This document shows positions 30,333-40,528 of a DNA stretch of 64,000 nt, piece by piece. Made by a program: the position numbers and the translations under genes. The stretch lies in assembly GCA_943356495.1 (NCBI GenBank), contig CALRFF010000001.1, forward strand, positions 92,864 through 156,863, in the 5' to 3' direction. The first letter of the stretch is position 1, and the number at the start of each line of letters is the position of its first letter. The DNA is from Candidatus Nomurabacteria bacterium. GTDB lineage: Bacteria; Patescibacteriota; Minisyncoccia; Phycocordibacterales; SBAW01. The notes under the pieces were generated by a model. The model ran no database searches. It saw only the letters and a program-made list of their open reading frames with translations, and had not been told where the DNA came from.

Positions 30333-30407
30333 GCAAAGGAGTGTCTTCAGTCGTTGTCGACTCGACTCTCTTGTCCATGAGGATACTCCTCCCTGTTAAA
30401 CGTCCTT

Positions 30408-31382
30408 CTATTGGGGACTATAACTTTTTTCTATAATATCTGCCACCTCGGCGGCGTCCTTGGCCTCCATCAGCTGCATACGCAGCTCTTTGGCGCCGTC
30501 AAAGCCTTCGACATACGCTTTAAAATGCTTTTTCATAATCGCAAAGCTTTTTATATCCCCGAGCAGCTCCTCAAAAAGTTTTGTGTGCTCAACTGCTATC
30601 TGCAGTTTTTCTTGTACACTTGGGTTTTTGCTTGTATCAAACAACCACGGCCGGCCAAAGATGGCGCGCCCGAGCATCACGCCGTCGGCGCCGGTCTCCT
30701 CTACTTTCTTTTTAGCATCCTCCAGGTCCAATACGTCGCCGTTGCCGAGTATCAACGTATCGCTCTTAAGTTCATTGCGTATCTCGACCGCACGCTTAAC
30801 CCTGTCCCAATGTGCCGCCACCTTAGACATTTCTTTGCGCGTGCGGGCATGCACGGTTACCGCCGCCGGTTTGGCCGCAAGGAGCATCGGCAGCCACTCC
30901 TCCAAAATATCTTTGTTGTATCCAAGCCGCGTCTTAACCGACACCGGCAAGTCGGGCGCGCCTCGCTTGGCGGCCGCCACCAACTCTTGGGCAAGCTTGG
31001 GCGTCATAATCAGTTTGGCGCCCGCACCTTGTTTTTCTATCGACTTATCCGGGCAGCCCATGTTGATGTCGACGCCGTCAAAGCCGAGCTCTTGGGCAAG
31101 TGCAGCGACCTGCTCCATATGTGCCGGCGTTGAGGTAAAAAACTGCGCCACAATAGGCCGCTCGGTCTCGCTGTATAAAAGATCGCGCATAAGTTTCTGC
31201 TTCCCTTCCTCATTCGCCAGACACAAGCCGTCGGCCGATACAAACTCGGTCCAAAACACCGCCGGACCGGCGGGCTTGCTGTACTTGGCTATAACGCGCC
31301 TAAAGGCTGCGTCGGTAACGTTGGCAAGCGGCGCCAATACAAATAGAGGCTTTGGTAGATCGGCCCAAAAATTCTTCATCAC
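30408..31382 (-). CDS. dus: tRNA-dihydrouridine synthase
   Basis: TIM-barrel Dus motifs (LAPLANVTDAAFRR ... GVDINMGCPDKS ... VSVKTRLGYN). Confidence 0.85.
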   Translation of the reverse strand: MMKNFWADLPKPLFVLAPLANVTDAAFRRVIAKYSKPAGPAVFWTEFVSADGLCLANEEGKQKLMRDLLYSETERPIVAQFFTSTPAHMEQVAALAQELGFDGVDINMGCPDKSIEKQGAGAKLIMTPKLAQELVAAAKRGAPDLPVSVKTRLGYNKDILEEWLPMLLAAKPAAVTVHARTRKEMSKVAAHWDRVKRAVEIRNELKSDTLILGNGDVLDLEDAKKKVEETGADGVMLGRAIFGRPWLFDTSKNPSVQEKLQIAVEHTKLFEELLGDIKSFAIMKKHFKAYVEGFDGAKELRMQLMEAKDAAEVADIIEKSYSPQ

Positions 31383-32194
31383 CGTTGTTTGTAATACAGT
31401 TTGTCCCCAAAGCGCAAATCCAAATACTCAAAGTCGGTAAGTGCTTTGCCGGCAAACGGCGCGGCCGTAAGCGCCAAACTAAAACGCTCAAACACGTCGC
31501 CCCCGTTGTCGGTTATAGGAAACAGGAGCGTAAACCCGCTTCCGAAACGCACCCGCACGTCGTCGTGCTCGTCTACCGCAACACTTACCACCGTGTCGGT
31601 ACTCTTTTTTTGCAGCAGGGTCACTACCAGCGCCGCAAGCGACTGAAACTGCGCGGTCTGTAAATAGACGGGCGGCGTCGAGCTGGAGAGTGCGCCGTAG
31701 TAGGAGGTATATACTCCGCTGCTAAACGTCGGCGCCGGCGCATAGGCATAACTTTCTTCGTCCAAGAACAGGCACGACCCGGCAGTTTGCGGTGCGTTGC
31801 CGCACCATAGCGCCACCGGCTTGCGCTCGGCAACTTTGACGGTAATGGTATGAAAATCCTTGGCGCGCACCTCTACCGCGCGAAAGGCCGGATAGCGCTG
31901 CAGCAACCCTTGCGCAATACCCTGCCGCGGATACAAAAAGATATTACTCCGCGCAAAAGCAAATAAGTAGGCGCCGCTTATTTCCTGCTCGACATACGAC
32001 GCAATAGTACTTGTTGCTACAGAGCTTGCGTCCAGCACCTCTACCGCAGTAATGCGTAAAAATGGCGCGTGCGAAAGCCATACTACCCCGCCGATGCCAA
32101 CTAGGCACAGAAGCAGTGCCGCAATAACCAAAAGCCAGCGACGCTTGCGGCGGCGGCGGCGCAACCCTCCCTGCGGCAAGTCAACGCGTGCCAT
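31379..32194 (-). CDS. cell division protein FtsQ-like (POTRA domain)
   Basis: Arg-rich N-terminus, single TM, then a POTRA-like region (LRITAVEVLDASSVATSTIASYVEQE). Confidence 0.6.
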   Translation of the reverse strand: MARVDLPQGGLRRRRRKRRWLLVIAALLLCLVGIGGVVWLSHAPFLRITAVEVLDASSVATSTIASYVEQEISGAYLFAFARSNIFLYPRQGIAQGLLQRYPAFRAVEVRAKDFHTITVKVAERKPVALWCGNAPQTAGSCLFLDEESYAYAPAPTFSSGVYTSYYGALSSSTPPVYLQTAQFQSLAALVVTLLQKKSTDTVVSVAVDEHDDVRVRFGSGFTLLFPITDNGGDVFERFSLALTAAPFAGKALTDFEYLDLRFGDKLYYKQR

Positions 32195-32196
32195 GG

Positions 32197-33480
32197 CTAA
32201 GCTTTAGTTATCGCCACTTTACCGCCCATGAAAGGCCGCAGCGCCTCCGGTATCGTTACCGAGCCGTCTTCGTTCTGATAGTTTTCCAATATAGCAATGA
32301 GCGGCCGCTGCGACATCATGGTAGCGTCGTTCATGTGCACCGGTTCGGTGCTACTGTCTGCGCGCTTAAGTTTGGTGTTAAGCCGTCGCGCTTGAAATCC
32401 GCCTATATAGTCCGAGGTATGCGTTTCGCGATACGTGTTTTGGCCCGCCATCCATGTTTCGATATCGAGTTGCCGCTGGTCGGGAAAGCCCATGTCTCCG
32501 GTACAAATAGCCATTACTTGATACGGCAGCTTAAGCTGCTGCATTAAGTACTCTTGTATAGCCACCATCAGGTCCTGCTCGGCCAAACCGTCTTCGGGTT
32601 TGGTAAACGACTCCGCCTCGAGCTTATTAAACTGATGCAACCGCAAAATGCCGCGCGTGTCTTTGCCCGCCGCGCCCGCCTCGCGTCTAAACGCGGGGGT
32701 AAGCGCCGCGTAGCGTAGCGGCAGCGCGCTTTCTGCAAGTGTTTCGTCCATATGCAACGGCCCCAGCGTATGTTCGGCCGAGCCTATAAACACCAAGTCA
32801 TCTTTTTCAAAATAGTAGCGTTCGTCGAGCGGGTCGAGCCGCGCCATGCGGTTCATTACCTGCGAGCGCATCATAATAGGCGGGATAACCGGCACAAACG
32901 GTTTGTCGCTGACTGTAAGCCCCGCGGCAGCAATAATTTTGCCCAATGTTTCGCGCGATGTAATAACGCTAAAGACAAACTGCATCAGCGCCATCTCGAG
33001 CTGTGCGAGGTCTCCTTTTATATACGTAAAGCGCGGGCCCGATACCTCAGAGGCTTTTTCATTATCAATAACGCCCAAGTCTTTACCCAAGTCCCAATGT
33101 GCTTTAGGGGTAAACGAAAATACCGGTTTGTCGCCCCACTGGCGCACCACTTTGTTGCCCGACTCGTCGGGGCCTACGGGTGTGTCGGCCGAGGGAATGT
33201 TGGGGATCTTTACCAACAGGGCTACCAGCTCTTTTTCTATCGCGGCATACTTGTCTTCGGCCGCCTTTACTTCGTCTTTAAGACGCTTACCCGCATCGGC
33301 ATCGCGCGCCTCGGCGGCAGCTTTGCGTTGGCGGTTAAGTTCTGACACGGCGCCCGCGGCAGCCTTGCGCTCGTCGGCCAACGTAAGGACGCGGTCAAGG
33401 TCAACACCCTCGCGTTTTTTGTTCTTAAGCGTTTGGCGGACAATGTCGGTATTGTCGCGGATAAACTGCAAATCGAGCAT
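32197..33480 (-). CDS. serS: serine--tRNA ligase
   Basis: N-terminal coiled-coil arm (MLDLQFIRDNTDIVRQTLKNK) and class II motifs. Start trimmed from the ORF-track start to MLDLQF. Confidence 0.9.
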   Translation of the reverse strand: MLDLQFIRDNTDIVRQTLKNKKREGVDLDRVLTLADERKAAAGAVSELNRQRKAAAEARDADAGKRLKDEVKAAEDKYAAIEKELVALLVKIPNIPSADTPVGPDESGNKVVRQWGDKPVFSFTPKAHWDLGKDLGVIDNEKASEVSGPRFTYIKGDLAQLEMALMQFVFSVITSRETLGKIIAAAGLTVSDKPFVPVIPPIMMRSQVMNRMARLDPLDERYYFEKDDLVFIGSAEHTLGPLHMDETLAESALPLRYAALTPAFRREAGAAGKDTRGILRLHQFNKLEAESFTKPEDGLAEQDLMVAIQEYLMQQLKLPYQVMAICTGDMGFPDQRQLDIETWMAGQNTYRETHTSDYIGGFQARRLNTKLKRADSSTEPVHMNDATMMSQRPLIAILENYQNEDGSVTIPEALRPFMGGKVAITKA

Positions 33481-33499
33481 ATATACTGTATAGACTACA

Positions 33500-34363
33500 A
33501 TGGCTTTTCCTATCCGCCAACTAAACTCAAGGGACTTCCCGCCGCTATTAAAGGAGATACCGGACAAACCCCACAGCCTGTTTATCCGCGGCGACATGCC
33601 GTCGAAAGATTGTACGTTTTTATGCGTGGTGGGCTCGCGGGCGACCTCACCCTACGGCCGCCGCGTCTGCCAACAGCTTATTGCCGGTCTTGCGCAATAT
33701 AAGGTAGCAATTGTCTCCGGTATGGCACTGGGTATAGACAGCGAAGCGCACAAAACCGCGCTCGACGTGGGCCTGCCGACCATAGCCGTGCTCCCCTCCT
33801 CGTGCGATGACTCTTCTATATACCCTTCTACCAATAAACCGCTGGCCGAGCGGATACTCGTACGCGGCGGCGCGCTCATAAGCGAGGAAAAAGGGCCGCA
33901 TAAAGCTATGATCCACGACTTTCCTAAGCGCAACCGCATTAGCGCCGGCATGTGCCAAGCCGCGCTTATTATCGAGGCCGGAGAAAAATCGGGCACGCTT
34001 ATTACCGCGCGGCTGGCGCTCGACTATAACCGCGAGGTGCTGGCGATACCCCACGAGCTGGGGCGCGAAACGGGCGCCGGGGTTAACCGGCTTATCCGCG
34101 AGGGCGCAACCTTAGTACGTACTGCCGACGATATACTACAGGCGCTCGGTATTAAACCCTTGGACAATCCCCGACAAGCGGCATTACCCACCGACCTGAC
34201 AGAAGTTGAGGCGCGCGTGCTCCACGCACTTACCGAAGCACTGGTGCGTGACGAGTTGATAGAGCGCGCTGAGCTTTCTGCACAAGAAGCAAACGTCGCG
34301 CTATCGTCGTTGTTAATCCGCGGGTTGCTTACCGAGCGGCTAGGAAAAATAGAACGTGTATAG
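33500..34363 (+). CDS. dprA: DNA-processing protein DprA (Smf)
   Basis: Rossmann-like DprA core (VVGSRATSPYGRRV ... IVSGMALGIDSEAHKTAL ... AALIIEAGEKSGTLITAR). Confidence 0.85.
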   Translation: MAFPIRQLNSRDFPPLLKEIPDKPHSLFIRGDMPSKDCTFLCVVGSRATSPYGRRVCQQLIAGLAQYKVAIVSGMALGIDSEAHKTALDVGLPTIAVLPSSCDDSSIYPSTNKPLAERILVRGGALISEEKGPHKAMIHDFPKRNRISAGMCQAALIIEAGEKSGTLITARLALDYNREVLAIPHELGRETGAGVNRLIREGATLVRTADDILQALGIKPLDNPRQAALPTDLTEVEARVLHALTEALVRDELIERAELSAQEANVALSSLLIRGLLTERLGKIERV

Positions 34364-34383
34364 TATGGTGTGACACTATCGGT

Positions 34384-36612
34384 ATGAAGTTAGTTATTGT
34401 TGAGTCGCCCGCGAAGGCGAAGACTATAGAGAAGTATCTTGGCGACATAGATGCCAAGGGCGACTTTGTGGTGCGCGCATCGGTGGGCCATGTACGCGAC
34501 CTGCCCAAGAGCAACAAAAAAGCGATAGACATCGAAGCCGGCTTTGTTCCCCACTACGAGGTGGTGGCCGGCAAGCAAAAAATAATAGACGAGCTTACCG
34601 AGCTTGCGGACAAAGCAAAAGAGGTCCTGCTTGCCACCGACCCCGACCGCGAAGGCGAGGCTATCGCGTGGCATTTGGCGGAAGAACTTGGGTTAAAGAA
34701 GCCGGAGCGTATCGTATTTCATGAAATTACTAAGGAGGCTATTGCCGAGGCGCTACAGCATCCCCGCAAAATCGACCAGCATTTGCGCTACGCGCAGGAA
34801 GCCCGCCGTGTACTTGACCGCTTAGTGGGTTACGACTTGTCGGGTCTTATTTGGAAAAAGGTGCGCTACGGGCTAAGCGCGGGCCGCGTACAGTCGCCCG
34901 CACTACGTATTATTATGGAGCGCGAGCGCGAGATACGCGCCTTCGTGCCGGAAACCTTTTACGTTATTACCGCGCAAACGACGACGCCTAAAAAGGACAC
35001 ACTCGTCGTCACTTGCTCAGAAGAGCCGCGTGATAAAAAAGTTGCCGAGCATATACTTGCCGCGGTCAAACAAGACGGCCTTACGGTAAGCGATGTCGGC
35101 GAGACCGAGGCCAAGCGCGCGGCGCGTCCGCCGTTTACCACCTCGACCCTGCAGCAAACGGCAAGCTCCCGCCTTGGTCTTTCGCCGAGCAATACCATGC
35201 GCATTGCGCAAAAACTGTACGAAGCAGGACATATTACCTACATGCGCACCGATTCAGTTAACCTCGGTGTCCCTGCCCGTGCGGCCATCGGCGTACAAAT
35301 AGAGAAGCAGTTCGGCAAGGAGTACGCCGAGTCGCGCGCATTTGCTACCAAAAGCAAAAACGCGCAAGAAGCGCACGAGGCAATACGCCCCTCGCATATA
35401 GAAAAGGTGTCGGCCGGCACCACGCCGGAGCAAAAAAAATTGTACGAGCTTATCCGCGCCCGCACGCTTGCGAGCCAGATGACCGACGCGCGTATTATGC
35501 GCGCAAAAATCGAGGCCACCACCAAGGACAAAACCGTACCGACATTTGCCGCCACCGGCTCGCGCGTTATCTTTGACGGCTGGCTAAAGGCCGACCCCGA
35601 TGCGCGCGGCGAGGATGTAGAGCTGCCCAAAGTTGCCGCAGGCGACGCGCTTACGGTCAACACTGTTGATGCAGAGGAAAAGCAAACGACTCCTCCCCCG
35701 CGCTACACCGAAGCCGGCCTTATTAAAGAGCTGGAGAAGCGTGGTATCGGCCGTCCTTCAACGTACGCGAGCATTATGAAGACGCTCGAGGCCCGCGGCT
35801 ATGTAGAAAAAGAGGGTCGGAGTCTTAAACCCACCGACACCGGCGACGTAGTGTCGAGCTTTCTTGAGGCCAACTTCCCCACCTATATCTCCGACACCTT
35901 TACCGCCGAAATGGAGGACGAACTCGACCAGATAGCCGACGGCACCCGTGAGTACGAAAAAACGCTCAAAGACTTTTACGGGCCGTTCCTTAAAGAAGTA
36001 AAAAAGAAGGACAAAGAGGCCGGCAGGATTACCGACTTGGGGCCGACACCTGCGGAGTTTCTGTGCCCCGAGTGCGGCAAACATATGGTCTTTAAGCTTT
36101 CGCGCCAGGGCAAGTTTATGTCGTGCGCCAACTTCCCCGACTGCATCGGCGCGCGCACCGAGGCAGGAGAAGTAATTTCCAACGAGCCTGCAAAGCCTAT
36201 AGGTACGCACCCCGACTCGGGCGAAAATATTTATGTACTCGACGGGCGCTTCGGCCCGTATGTCCAGCAAGGCGAAATGCCGGAGGGCAAGGGCAAGTCT
36301 AAAAAGCCAAAACCTCGCCGTTCGAGCGTGCCGAAAGAGAAGAATCCGCTCGAGGTGACACTCGAAGACGCCCTTATATACCTCTCGTTGCCCCGCACGC
36401 TCGGGAAACATCCTGAAACAGGCGAAGATATCGTCGCCAACGTGGGGCGCTTTGGCCCATACATTGCGCACAACACCAAACCCAAGGCCGACTTCCGCTC
36501 GCTTAAAAAAGATGATGTGTACGATATCGAGCTTGAGCGCGCGCTCGAAATATTGAAAGAAGAAAAAAAGCGCCGCGGGTTTGCGCGCAAAACAAAAACC
36601 ACCGACAAGTAG
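34384..36612 (+). CDS. topA: DNA topoisomerase I
   Basis: TOPRIM N-terminus (LVIVESPAKAKTIEKYLG), active-site Tyr region, C-terminal zinc ribbons (CPECGKHMVFK). Confidence 0.95.
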   Translation: MKLVIVESPAKAKTIEKYLGDIDAKGDFVVRASVGHVRDLPKSNKKAIDIEAGFVPHYEVVAGKQKIIDELTELADKAKEVLLATDPDREGEAIAWHLAEELGLKKPERIVFHEITKEAIAEALQHPRKIDQHLRYAQEARRVLDRLVGYDLSGLIWKKVRYGLSAGRVQSPALRIIMEREREIRAFVPETFYVITAQTTTPKKDTLVVTCSEEPRDKKVAEHILAAVKQDGLTVSDVGETEAKRAARPPFTTSTLQQTASSRLGLSPSNTMRIAQKLYEAGHITYMRTDSVNLGVPARAAIGVQIEKQFGKEYAESRAFATKSKNAQEAHEAIRPSHIEKVSAGTTPEQKKLYELIRARTLASQMTDARIMRAKIEATTKDKTVPTFAATGSRVIFDGWLKADPDARGEDVELPKVAAGDALTVNTVDAEEKQTTPPPRYTEAGLIKELEKRGIGRPSTYASIMKTLEARGYVEKEGRSLKPTDTGDVVSSFLEANFPTYISDTFTAEMEDELDQIADGTREYEKTLKDFYGPFLKEVKKKDKEAGRITDLGPTPAEFLCPECGKHMVFKLSRQGKFMSCANFPDCIGARTEAGEVISNEPAKPIGTHPDSGENIYVLDGRFGPYVQQGEMPEGKGKSKKPKPRRSSVPKEKNPLEVTLEDALIYLSLPRTLGKHPETGEDIVANVGRFGPYIAHNTKPKADFRSLKKDDVYDIELERALEILKEEKKRRGFARKTKTTDK

Positions 36613-36640
36613 TGGCTTTTGCCCTCTCCTTGTTCGGTGG

Positions 36641-36967
36641 TTACTTTTTCTTCATCGATTCCCGCGCGGCATGGAGCTGCTCGGGGTAATGACGCTTGAA
36701 ACGCTGGAGTGCTCCTTTGGAGCGCCTCCAGTCCATCGGATATGCCTTTGGAGCAACGTCGGGTACGAAAACCCCATCCGTCCGCTCAAGGCATTCTGTC
36801 CGATCGTTGCCGCGAAGCTTTTTGCACTCCGCCTCGATGGCAAAACCGAACCTGTTCCGCTGGTCTTCCTTCGGCCCCGCGTGAGCCGAAGTCACAACGC
36901 CAACGACAAACCCGACGATAACGAAAATTGCTTTCACGTTGCCCTCCTCAGGCGGTTGAATGTACAA
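36641..36967 (-). CDS. small secreted hypothetical protein, high-GC
   Basis: Signal peptide (KAIFVIVGFVVGVVTSAHA) then a charged Cys-containing domain. Start codon uncertain. Confidence 0.4.
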   Translation of the reverse strand: MYIQPPEEGNVKAIFVIVGFVVGVVTSAHAGPKEDQRNRFGFAIEAECKKLRGNDRTECLERTDGVFVPDVAPKAYPMDWRRSKGALQRFKRHYPEQLHAARESMKKK

Positions 36968-37003
36968 GCGAACTTAACGTACACTATACACCCAAACAAC
37001 ATA

Positions 37004-37033
37004 TTTGTCAAGGTGTCAAATAATGGCTATACT
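37004..37033 (+). promoter_or_regulatory. candidate sigma70 promoter for rel (TTGTCA-N17-TATACT)
   Basis: Seen directly. The -10 ends about 7 nt before the annotated GTG start, implying either a leaderless transcript or a downstream ATG start (MSSPTKADLAF at about 37070). Confidence 0.35.
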
Positions 37034-37039
37034 TAAAGG

Positions 37040-38584
37040 GTGAATGAGCTTAAAGACATTCTCCAAAAAATGAGCTCCCCTACCAAGGCCGACTTGGCTT
37101 TTGTGGAGAAGGCCTACCACTTTGCCGAAGAGGCGCACAAAAACCACAAACGTTTTTCGGGCGAGCCGTACTTTAACCACCTCAAAGCAACCGCAGTCGA
37201 GCTGGCCAAGCTCGGCATGAGCTCCAAAACAGTTGCGGCCGGTTTGCTGCACGACTCGATAGAGGACGTTGCCGTCTTGCCCGAGACATTGGAAAAAGAG
37301 TTTGGCAAAGAAGTGCGGTTTTTGGTAGAAGGTGTGACCAAGTTGGGCCGGCTAAAGTACCGCGGCGCCGAGCGCCATCGCGAAAGCTTGCGCAAGCTGC
37401 TGGTGGCAACCGGCAAAGACGCGCGAGTGCTCATAATCAAACTGATGGACCGCCTGCACAACATGCGGACGCTCAGCCACGTGCCCGAAGAAAAGCGGCG
37501 TCGCATCGCGCTCGAGACACTCGAGATTTATGCCGCCATAGCCCACCGCTTGGGTATCGGCTTGGTGCGCAAAGAGCTCGAGGACTTGGCGTTTGAGTAC
37601 GCCTATCCCGAGGAGTTTGCACAGGCCAAAGCATTGTTGAGCGAACGAAGCAAAGAGACGCAGGAGCGGCTTAACAAAATGTCGCGCACGCTGCGCCGCG
37701 AGCTGGCCAAAAACGGGATGACCAAGCTCCACACAGACTTTCGGGTTAAAGGCCTCTACAGCTTGTGGCAAAAACTTAAGCGAAAAGAAGGCGACATTTC
37801 TAGAGTCTACGACATCGCCGCGTTGCGCGTGGTGGTGCCCACGGTCGAGGACTGTTACAAAGTGCTCGGGCTGGTGCACAACTTGTGGCAACCTCTGCCT
37901 AATAAAATAAAAGACTACATCGCCTTCCCCAAGCCCAACGGCTACAAGAGTATCCATACCACGGTCTTTACCGGCGACGGTGGCATTGTAGAAGTGCAGA
38001 TACGCACACCGGAAATGCATACCGAGGCGCAATACGGCATTGCCAGCCACGTGGCCTATAAAGAAACGCCGAATAAAAAAGGCGAGCTGCCGGGGGGTAG
38101 TTTTGACTGGATTAAAAGTTTGATACCGGGGTTTACGCGCGCGCAACGCAGCGGCGGCTCCGCCGAGAACGGCAAGAACAGCCGTTACGGCGCACCCGAG
38201 GCGCCCGAGTGGCTAAGCGAGCTTGAGGACGAAATGAACGACCCCGACATCGAGACAACACTCCGCACCGATATTTTTACCCATCGCGTATTTGTCTTTA
38301 CGCCGACCGGCGACGTGGTGGACCTCCCCGCCCGCTGCAGCCCTATAGACTTTGCCTATGCCATACACTCCGATATCGGCGACCATGTCTTTGCCAGCAA
38401 AGTAAACGGTAAGATGGTGCCGCTCGACACCGTGCTGCACAACGGCGACATTGTGGAAATTGTTACTAAAAAGTCGGCTACCCCAAAACAAAAGTGGCTC
38501 GACTTTGCCAAGACAACCTTGGCGCGGCGCCATATCCGCCTTGCGATGGAAAAAGAGGCCACTCTTAAAGCGAGAAAGAGTTAG
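37040..38584 (+). CDS. rel: bifunctional (p)ppGpp synthetase/hydrolase, RelA/SpoT family (HD + synthetase + TGS; no ACT)
   Basis: HD motif (AAGLLHDSIEDV), synthetase motifs (DIAALRVVV ... YKSIHTTV), TGS (VFVFTPTGDVVDLPARCSPIDFAY). 514 aa. Confidence 0.9.
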   Translation: MNELKDILQKMSSPTKADLAFVEKAYHFAEEAHKNHKRFSGEPYFNHLKATAVELAKLGMSSKTVAAGLLHDSIEDVAVLPETLEKEFGKEVRFLVEGVTKLGRLKYRGAERHRESLRKLLVATGKDARVLIIKLMDRLHNMRTLSHVPEEKRRRIALETLEIYAAIAHRLGIGLVRKELEDLAFEYAYPEEFAQAKALLSERSKETQERLNKMSRTLRRELAKNGMTKLHTDFRVKGLYSLWQKLKRKEGDISRVYDIAALRVVVPTVEDCYKVLGLVHNLWQPLPNKIKDYIAFPKPNGYKSIHTTVFTGDGGIVEVQIRTPEMHTEAQYGIASHVAYKETPNKKGELPGGSFDWIKSLIPGFTRAQRSGGSAENGKNSRYGAPEAPEWLSELEDEMNDPDIETTLRTDIFTHRVFVFTPTGDVVDLPARCSPIDFAYAIHSDIGDHVFASKVNGKMVPLDTVLHNGDIVEIVTKKSATPKQKWLDFAKTTLARRHIRLAMEKEATLKARKS

Positions 38585-39575
38585 GGTCGAAGGTATTTTC
38601 GTCTTTTGTTATTTCTTCTTTACTGCGGTCATCCAGAGCGGAGGCGGAATCATCCTGAGCAAAAGTCTGGCCTGCCGAGCTCTTTGGGTCTGGCTCGGAC
38701 AGGAGACCCGAGGACTTTTGATCGGGTGATTCTGCTGTAGCCTTTATCCGCGCTGCCAAGTGACTAAAGATAACGCGCAAATCATCTTCGTTAACAAAGT
38801 CGATAGCCAGCTTGCCGCCGTTTTCTTTAGTTTCGATAGCCACACGCGTACCGAGCGCCTCGGTAAGCTCTTTCTCCATGCTTAAAATTTCTGGTGAGTA
38901 CAAGTATTCCTTTTTGCGAACGCGGTCGGTGGCAATACGGCGTGCAATAGCTTCGGTGTCGCGCACCGTTAGGCGCTTAAGCAACACCTCTCTAAACAAA
39001 GTCTCCTGTTCCTGCGGCCGGTCGGCGAGCATAAGGAGCGGGCGGGTGTGGCCCTCGGCAATTTTGCCGTCCGAAAGCGCTTGCTGCATAGTTTCGGGCA
39101 AGGCAAGCAGGCGCAGGGTGTTGCTCACATACTCACGGCTCTTGCCCACCTTTTGAGCGACTTCGATATGCTTAAAACCAAATTGTTTGCAGAGTTGGTC
39201 AAAGGCTTTGGCGCGATCTATGGGGTTAAGGTCCTCGCGCTGCAGGTTTTCTATAATCGCGAGCTCAAGTTTGGTTTTGTCGTCGTCTTGCCCCGCGCGG
39301 ATAAGCACCGGCACTTCGCGCAGGCCCGCAAGCTTCGAGGCGCGCAGACGCCTCTCCCCTGCAATAAGCTCGTACTCAGTGGCTATGCCGCCGTCTTGGC
39401 GCTGTACCTCGACACGCGACACAGTAAGCGGCTGTATAACGCCGTACTGACGGATAGAGCGGCTAAGGTCGTCAAGCTTGGCTTGGTCAAACTCTTTGCG
39501 GGGCTGGAACGGGTTGGGGCGGATCTTGTCGACCTCGACCCAAAAAATGGCGTTGTTATAAAACTGCGGAGGCAT
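38565..39575 (-). CDS. parB: chromosome partitioning protein ParB/Spo0J
   Basis: ParB box (GERRLRASKLAG) and HTH. C-terminal low-complexity tail. Overlaps the convergent rel by 20 nt. Confidence 0.9.
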   Translation of the reverse strand: MPPQFYNNAIFWVEVDKIRPNPFQPRKEFDQAKLDDLSRSIRQYGVIQPLTVSRVEVQRQDGGIATEYELIAGERRLRASKLAGLREVPVLIRAGQDDDKTKLELAIIENLQREDLNPIDRAKAFDQLCKQFGFKHIEVAQKVGKSREYVSNTLRLLALPETMQQALSDGKIAEGHTRPLLMLADRPQEQETLFREVLLKRLTVRDTEAIARRIATDRVRKKEYLYSPEILSMEKELTEALGTRVAIETKENGGKLAIDFVNEDDLRVIFSHLAARIKATAESPDQKSSGLLSEPDPKSSAGQTFAQDDSASALDDRSKEEITKDENTFDPNSFSL

Positions 39576-39603
39576 GCGAGTATTCTACCAGATTTTTACT
39601 TTG

Positions 39604-39687
39604 TGCCGGGAGAGAGAATCGAACTCTCATGATGTTGCCATCGCGGGATTTTGAGTCCCGTGCGTCTACCAATTCCGCCATCCCGGC
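39604..39687 (-). tRNA. tRNA-Leu (anticodon CAA)
   Basis: Long variable arm. Acceptor GCCGGGA/TCCCGGC. Anticodon loop CTCAAAA. T-arm GAGAG-TTCGATT-CTCTC. Confidence 0.85.
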
Positions 39688-39786
39688 CTGTCTGCCGACA
39701 GGCAGGCCTCGCCTCAAAATACCATTCTTGCCGCCTTTTCTCCAGCGTGGTAGCATCGTGGGCAGAGACAAACATTCGGAGGAAGC

Positions 39787-40461
39787 ATGGGTGGCATCAT
39801 TCTTGACATCGACAAGGCAGACCTCAGTCTTCGCAGACAACTGGTTCGGTACGGACCGATGCAAGGATTTTGGGGCGTAAAGCTTGGTGACGAAATCATC
39901 GACTGCGGCCTCACGACTGCAACCAGTCCGTTCGTCAACCGGCACCACGTCTTTGTCGACCTCAAGCACTACGACGTGCGCGACCGGCTCGCGCGCATAG
40001 TCAGAAAGTATGCGCGAGGTGCCGAATATGCACCAAAGTTCCTGACCATATCAGGGGCGCGACCAGTCGAGGCCATTGCGGCTGCGGTCGCTGAGCGGGG
40101 CCCGATCGACATCATCGTCACCGGTCCGCTCTCTGATGACCACCTAGCGGACGAGGAAGATGTTGCCGAGACTCTCGATAAAGTTTACGAATCGGGGGCG
40201 CAGGGCATTACCTGCCCTGCATGGCTACTACCCGAAAGTCCGTTAAAGACATACGACGGCCATGTCGTCACCACGGGGGTGGTGAGTAAAGGGGTCGCTC
40301 GACGGCACCACTTCAACCCGCGACCGCTGGAGTTTGCCCTAGACTATGGGGCGACACACGTCGTGGTCGGCACCGAAGTGACCGAAAGCGACGACCCCTT
40401 CAAGACACTGCTCGGGCTCGTCGCCCGCTGGCACAAACACAACCTGACGCCCGCACACTAG
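39787..40461 (+). CDS. putative orotidine 5'-phosphate decarboxylase-like protein, high-GC
   Basis: IILDID N-terminal Asp and a DxKxxD-like motif (VFVDLKHYDV) reminiscent of PyrF. Immediately followed by an OPRTase-like gene. SD GGAGGA. Confidence 0.4.
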   Translation: MGGIILDIDKADLSLRRQLVRYGPMQGFWGVKLGDEIIDCGLTTATSPFVNRHHVFVDLKHYDVRDRLARIVRKYARGAEYAPKFLTISGARPVEAIAAAVAERGPIDIIVTGPLSDDHLADEEDVAETLDKVYESGAQGITCPAWLLPESPLKTYDGHVVTTGVVSKGVARRHHFNPRPLEFALDYGATHVVVGTEVTESDDPFKTLLGLVARWHKHNLTPAH

Positions 40462-40528
40462 CGGGCGCTTTTTCTTTTTATGCCGCTGTGGTACGGTCGG
40501 TGCAGATGGATAACCGGGAGAGAGTCTC

